Positions 61,741 through 64,000 of a DNA stretch of 64,000 bases are shown here, piece after piece. The position numbers were made by a program, and so were the translations under genes. Below the pieces are notes generated by a model. That model did no database searches, was not told the DNA's origin, and saw only the letters and a program-made list of their open reading frames with translations. This DNA is from an uncultured virus (IMG/VR IMGVR_UViG_3300002220_000047) (lineage: Duplodnaviria > Heunggongvirae > Uroviricota > Caudoviricetes). The stretch lies in IMG/VR virus record IMGVR_UViG_3300002220_000047; one strand, 5' to 3'. How positions within the stretch are numbered: position 1 is the stretch's first letter; each line of letters starts with the position of its first letter.

Positions 61741-62751
61741 ATGAAATCATTCGAAGAAAAGATTGTTGAGTTAATGAACCTTTCTGATGATATAAAAGAT
61801 TACATCATAAATCAGAAATTCGTAGATGGAGAAACTCCAGTAGATGCATTAACAGAAACTTCTATTCTAAATAAGTGTTATGAAATATTGATGGATAGTT
61901 TAAATGAACAAGGCATTATCTTTCATGTAGATAAAGAAAGTATTCTGGAAGATGGGCATAATACCAGAACTTTAATTACATTGTTTAATGTATGTACATT
62001 CGCTGGTCTTTATAATCAGCTCGTTGTAAATAAAGATTTGATTTCGGATATATCGAGTATATATGAGAATTTCTCTAATAACGAATATATCACTGAAGTT
62101 ATGAGATTGTTGAAAGATAATACTGACAATCAAGATTATACCGATATGTACGTTTTCCTATTTGATAAGATTTCATCTGATGATAATTATAGTTTAATAT
62201 TAGAGTCTTTGTTAGATACATTTAAAGATAAAGAAAATCGTATTGATTCTATCGATGGTGAAGATATTGGTGGATATCTATCAGTCCTAAAAGAAGAGAG
62301 ATTGAATTTAGATAGAAAGATCTCAGATCTTTTACATTCCACTATGTTCAGCATTCCTGTTCTTGATGATGTAGTAAAAAGAAAAGATAAACTTTTAACT
62401 GAATTATTATTTCCTTGTTATTATGCTTCATTTATTGCCAAGCATCTTCTAGCGATAGGTAATAATGAATCTATCCATAATGAAGAAATTGATAATGAAT
62501 TCAAAACTAGTTTAGATGCTGTAAGTAAACAAAGTAAACGATATATTAAATATTTTACTATAAGAGAAAGTACTGGAAGTAATTATGAAATACCAACTAC
62601 AGCTGACTATATATTAATGATTCTTACCGCTATTGGGGTGAATAATATATTTGGTGGTATGATCGTTAATGTTGAAAATATCTTGGATTCTATCCACGAT
62701 GAGAAAGAAAAAGAAATCATCAGCAATGTTTATCAGACAATAAAAGACTGA
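61741..62751 (+). CDS. Hypothetical protein
   Basis: GGAG RBS; upstream of an RNAP subunit gene. Confidence 0.75.
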   Translation: MKSFEEKIVELMNLSDDIKDYIINQKFVDGETPVDALTETSILNKCYEILMDSLNEQGIIFHVDKESILEDGHNTRTLITLFNVCTFAGLYNQLVVNKDLISDISSIYENFSNNEYITEVMRLLKDNTDNQDYTDMYVFLFDKISSDDNYSLILESLLDTFKDKENRIDSIDGEDIGGYLSVLKEERLNLDRKISDLLHSTMFSIPVLDDVVKRKDKLLTELLFPCYYASFIAKHLLAIGNNESIHNEEIDNEFKTSLDAVSKQSKRYIKYFTIRESTGSNYEIPTTADYILMILTAIGVNNIFGGMIVNVENILDSIHDEKEKEIISNVYQTIKD

Positions 62752-62763
62752 GGTAATATATAA

Positions 62764-64000
62764 ATGAACAAAACAATTCTTAATCTTTTATTATCTTATC
62801 CAGATAACCTATTAAATAAAGATTGTATTATTGACTATTTTACAAAATGTAAACTAAATACTAAAGACGAATTACAGGCTGAAGATAATAGACTGAATAC
62901 TAATGTTTATGTAGGAAAGATTTTTAAACTAGATGAAGATATCTGTACAATAACCACAATGACTTCTAATTCTCTATTCGAATTCGCTAAGATATCAGGC
63001 GTCTCTGAAGAAGAAATGCCTTTCTTGGATTTTCATGAAGATGTTTCTATCGATAGTAAATTTATTAAGAATCTAAAAGATGAAGAAAAGATAACTACGA
63101 CTCTCGGTAGATTTTTATTAAATCATACATTATTAGTAATGACTGTTGGTGATAAAATACCATATATAAATGATAATTGGGATATTAATTCTGTCGGTAA
63201 AAAGCTTATTCAATTAGTTATGGATAAAGAGATAGGTATTGAACCTGCTAAACTATTTATCAATACTGTTTATTTTCTTAGTAGCTATAGTGAATTCGTA
63301 GCTCCTTCTTTAAGCGAAGCTGCAATTACAGTCGATCCTAGAGTAATAGAACTCAGAAATAAATTATTTGAACAGTATAAAGATCAACTTAATGATCCTG
63401 AAATAATGATCAAAATTGAGAAAGAAGTAATTGCTCTAGATAAAGAAATATTAAGTCATGATCCTGAAGCTGGATTCTTATCATCGGCTAAGAATTTTAA
63501 TGTTCATCGTAAACGTATGTTCCTTATGATGGGATTGTTATCAGCATTTGGTGATGAACATAAGCAATTTAATTTCAGTACTACTAATTTAGACGATGGT
63601 TGGAAAATAGAAGATCTAGATACCCTCTTCAATGAAGTAAGAAGTGGCTCTTATGGTCGAGCAAAAGAAACAGCCAAGGGTGGAGCTGAATCTAAATATC
63701 TCGGTAGAACATTCCAGGAAGCCAAAATAGTTGAAGATGATTGTGGTACTAAGAAAGGAATTCACGTAAGTCTAAATAATAATAATATCGAAAACTTCTT
63801 ATATAGAACTTTGATTACCGGAAGTAAAAATCCAGTTGTTATTACTAAAGCTAATAATTCTCAGTTCATTGGAAAAGATGTTATTGTTAGAAGCCCAATG
63901 TTCTGTATTGCTAAAAATGGTTATTGTTATTCTTGTATGGATGAAAGACATAAAACATTAGGTACTAGAAGATTAAATATTCAACCTCTATCTATTGGAA
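62764..64000 (+). CDS. Virion RNA polymerase beta' C-terminal subunit (phiKZ gp80-like), truncated by window end
   Basis: Manual translation from ATG 62764 (GAGGT RBS): TTLGRFLLN, RKRMF, RSGSYGRAKETAKGGAESK, EDDCGTKKG, RSPMFC...GYCYSCM. Confidence 0.88.
   Translation, partial: MNKTILNLLLSYPDNLLNKDCIIDYFTKCKLNTKDELQAEDNRLNTNVYVGKIFKLDEDICTITTMTSNSLFEFAKISGVSEEEMPFLDFHEDVSIDSKFIKNLKDEEKITTTLGRFLLNHTLLVMTVGDKIPYINDNWDINSVGKKLIQLVMDKEIGIEPAKLFINTVYFLSSYSEFVAPSLSEAAITVDPRVIELRNKLFEQYKDQLNDPEIMIKIEKEVIALDKEILSHDPEAGFLSSAKNFNVHRKRMFLMMGLLSAFGDEHKQFNFSTTNLDDGWKIEDLDTLFNEVRSGSYGRAKETAKGGAESKYLGRTFQEAKIVEDDCGTKKGIHVSLNNNNIENFLYRTLITGSKNPVVITKANNSQFIGKDVIVRSPMFCIAKNGYCYSCMDERHKTLGTRRLNIQPLSIG

Noticed and set aside
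1..64000. Alternative genetic code (stop-codon reassignment)
   Set aside because: Standard code gives dense full-length genes ending in TAA, TAG and TGA; the breaks observed are frameshifts or an intron, not in-frame stops.

Overview
AT-rich segment of a phiKZ-related jumbo bacteriophage genome; no host-chromosome genes, rRNA, tRNA or CRISPR array were seen. Core phiKZ-type genes are recognisable from motifs and gene order: a divergent family-B DNA polymerase, three virion RNA polymerase subunits (a beta subunit split by an 873-nt group I intron carrying an HNH endonuclease, a DFDGD beta' subunit, and a C-terminal beta' subunit truncated by the window end), a baseplate/inner-head block, a family of internal head proteins sharing a propeptide, and a tail lysin/tape-measure-like gene split by a frameshift. 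Accessory genes include a GroEL-like chaperonin, ThyX, a DHH phosphoesterase, NADAR-like and DarG-like proteins, a ferritin-like protein and two Mtd_N-type fibre proteins. Transcription units are bounded by long hairpin terminators and a recurring ATATATAT(T/A/C)AT promoter-like motif. The most striking unexplained element is a ~830-nt, GC-enriched, densely base-paired unit (about 5810-6645) with no credible ORF. It has its own promoter motif, an internal triple repeat and a terminator, and lies directly upstream of the DNA polymerase gene: a candidate novel large phage ncRNA. Other highlights are a ferritin-like protein carrying the N-terminal motif of the internal head proteins, a candidate programmed -1 frameshift at T TTT TTT, and a ~55-aa module shared by two unrelated virion proteins. 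All family assignments come from motif recognition by eye, not database searches.
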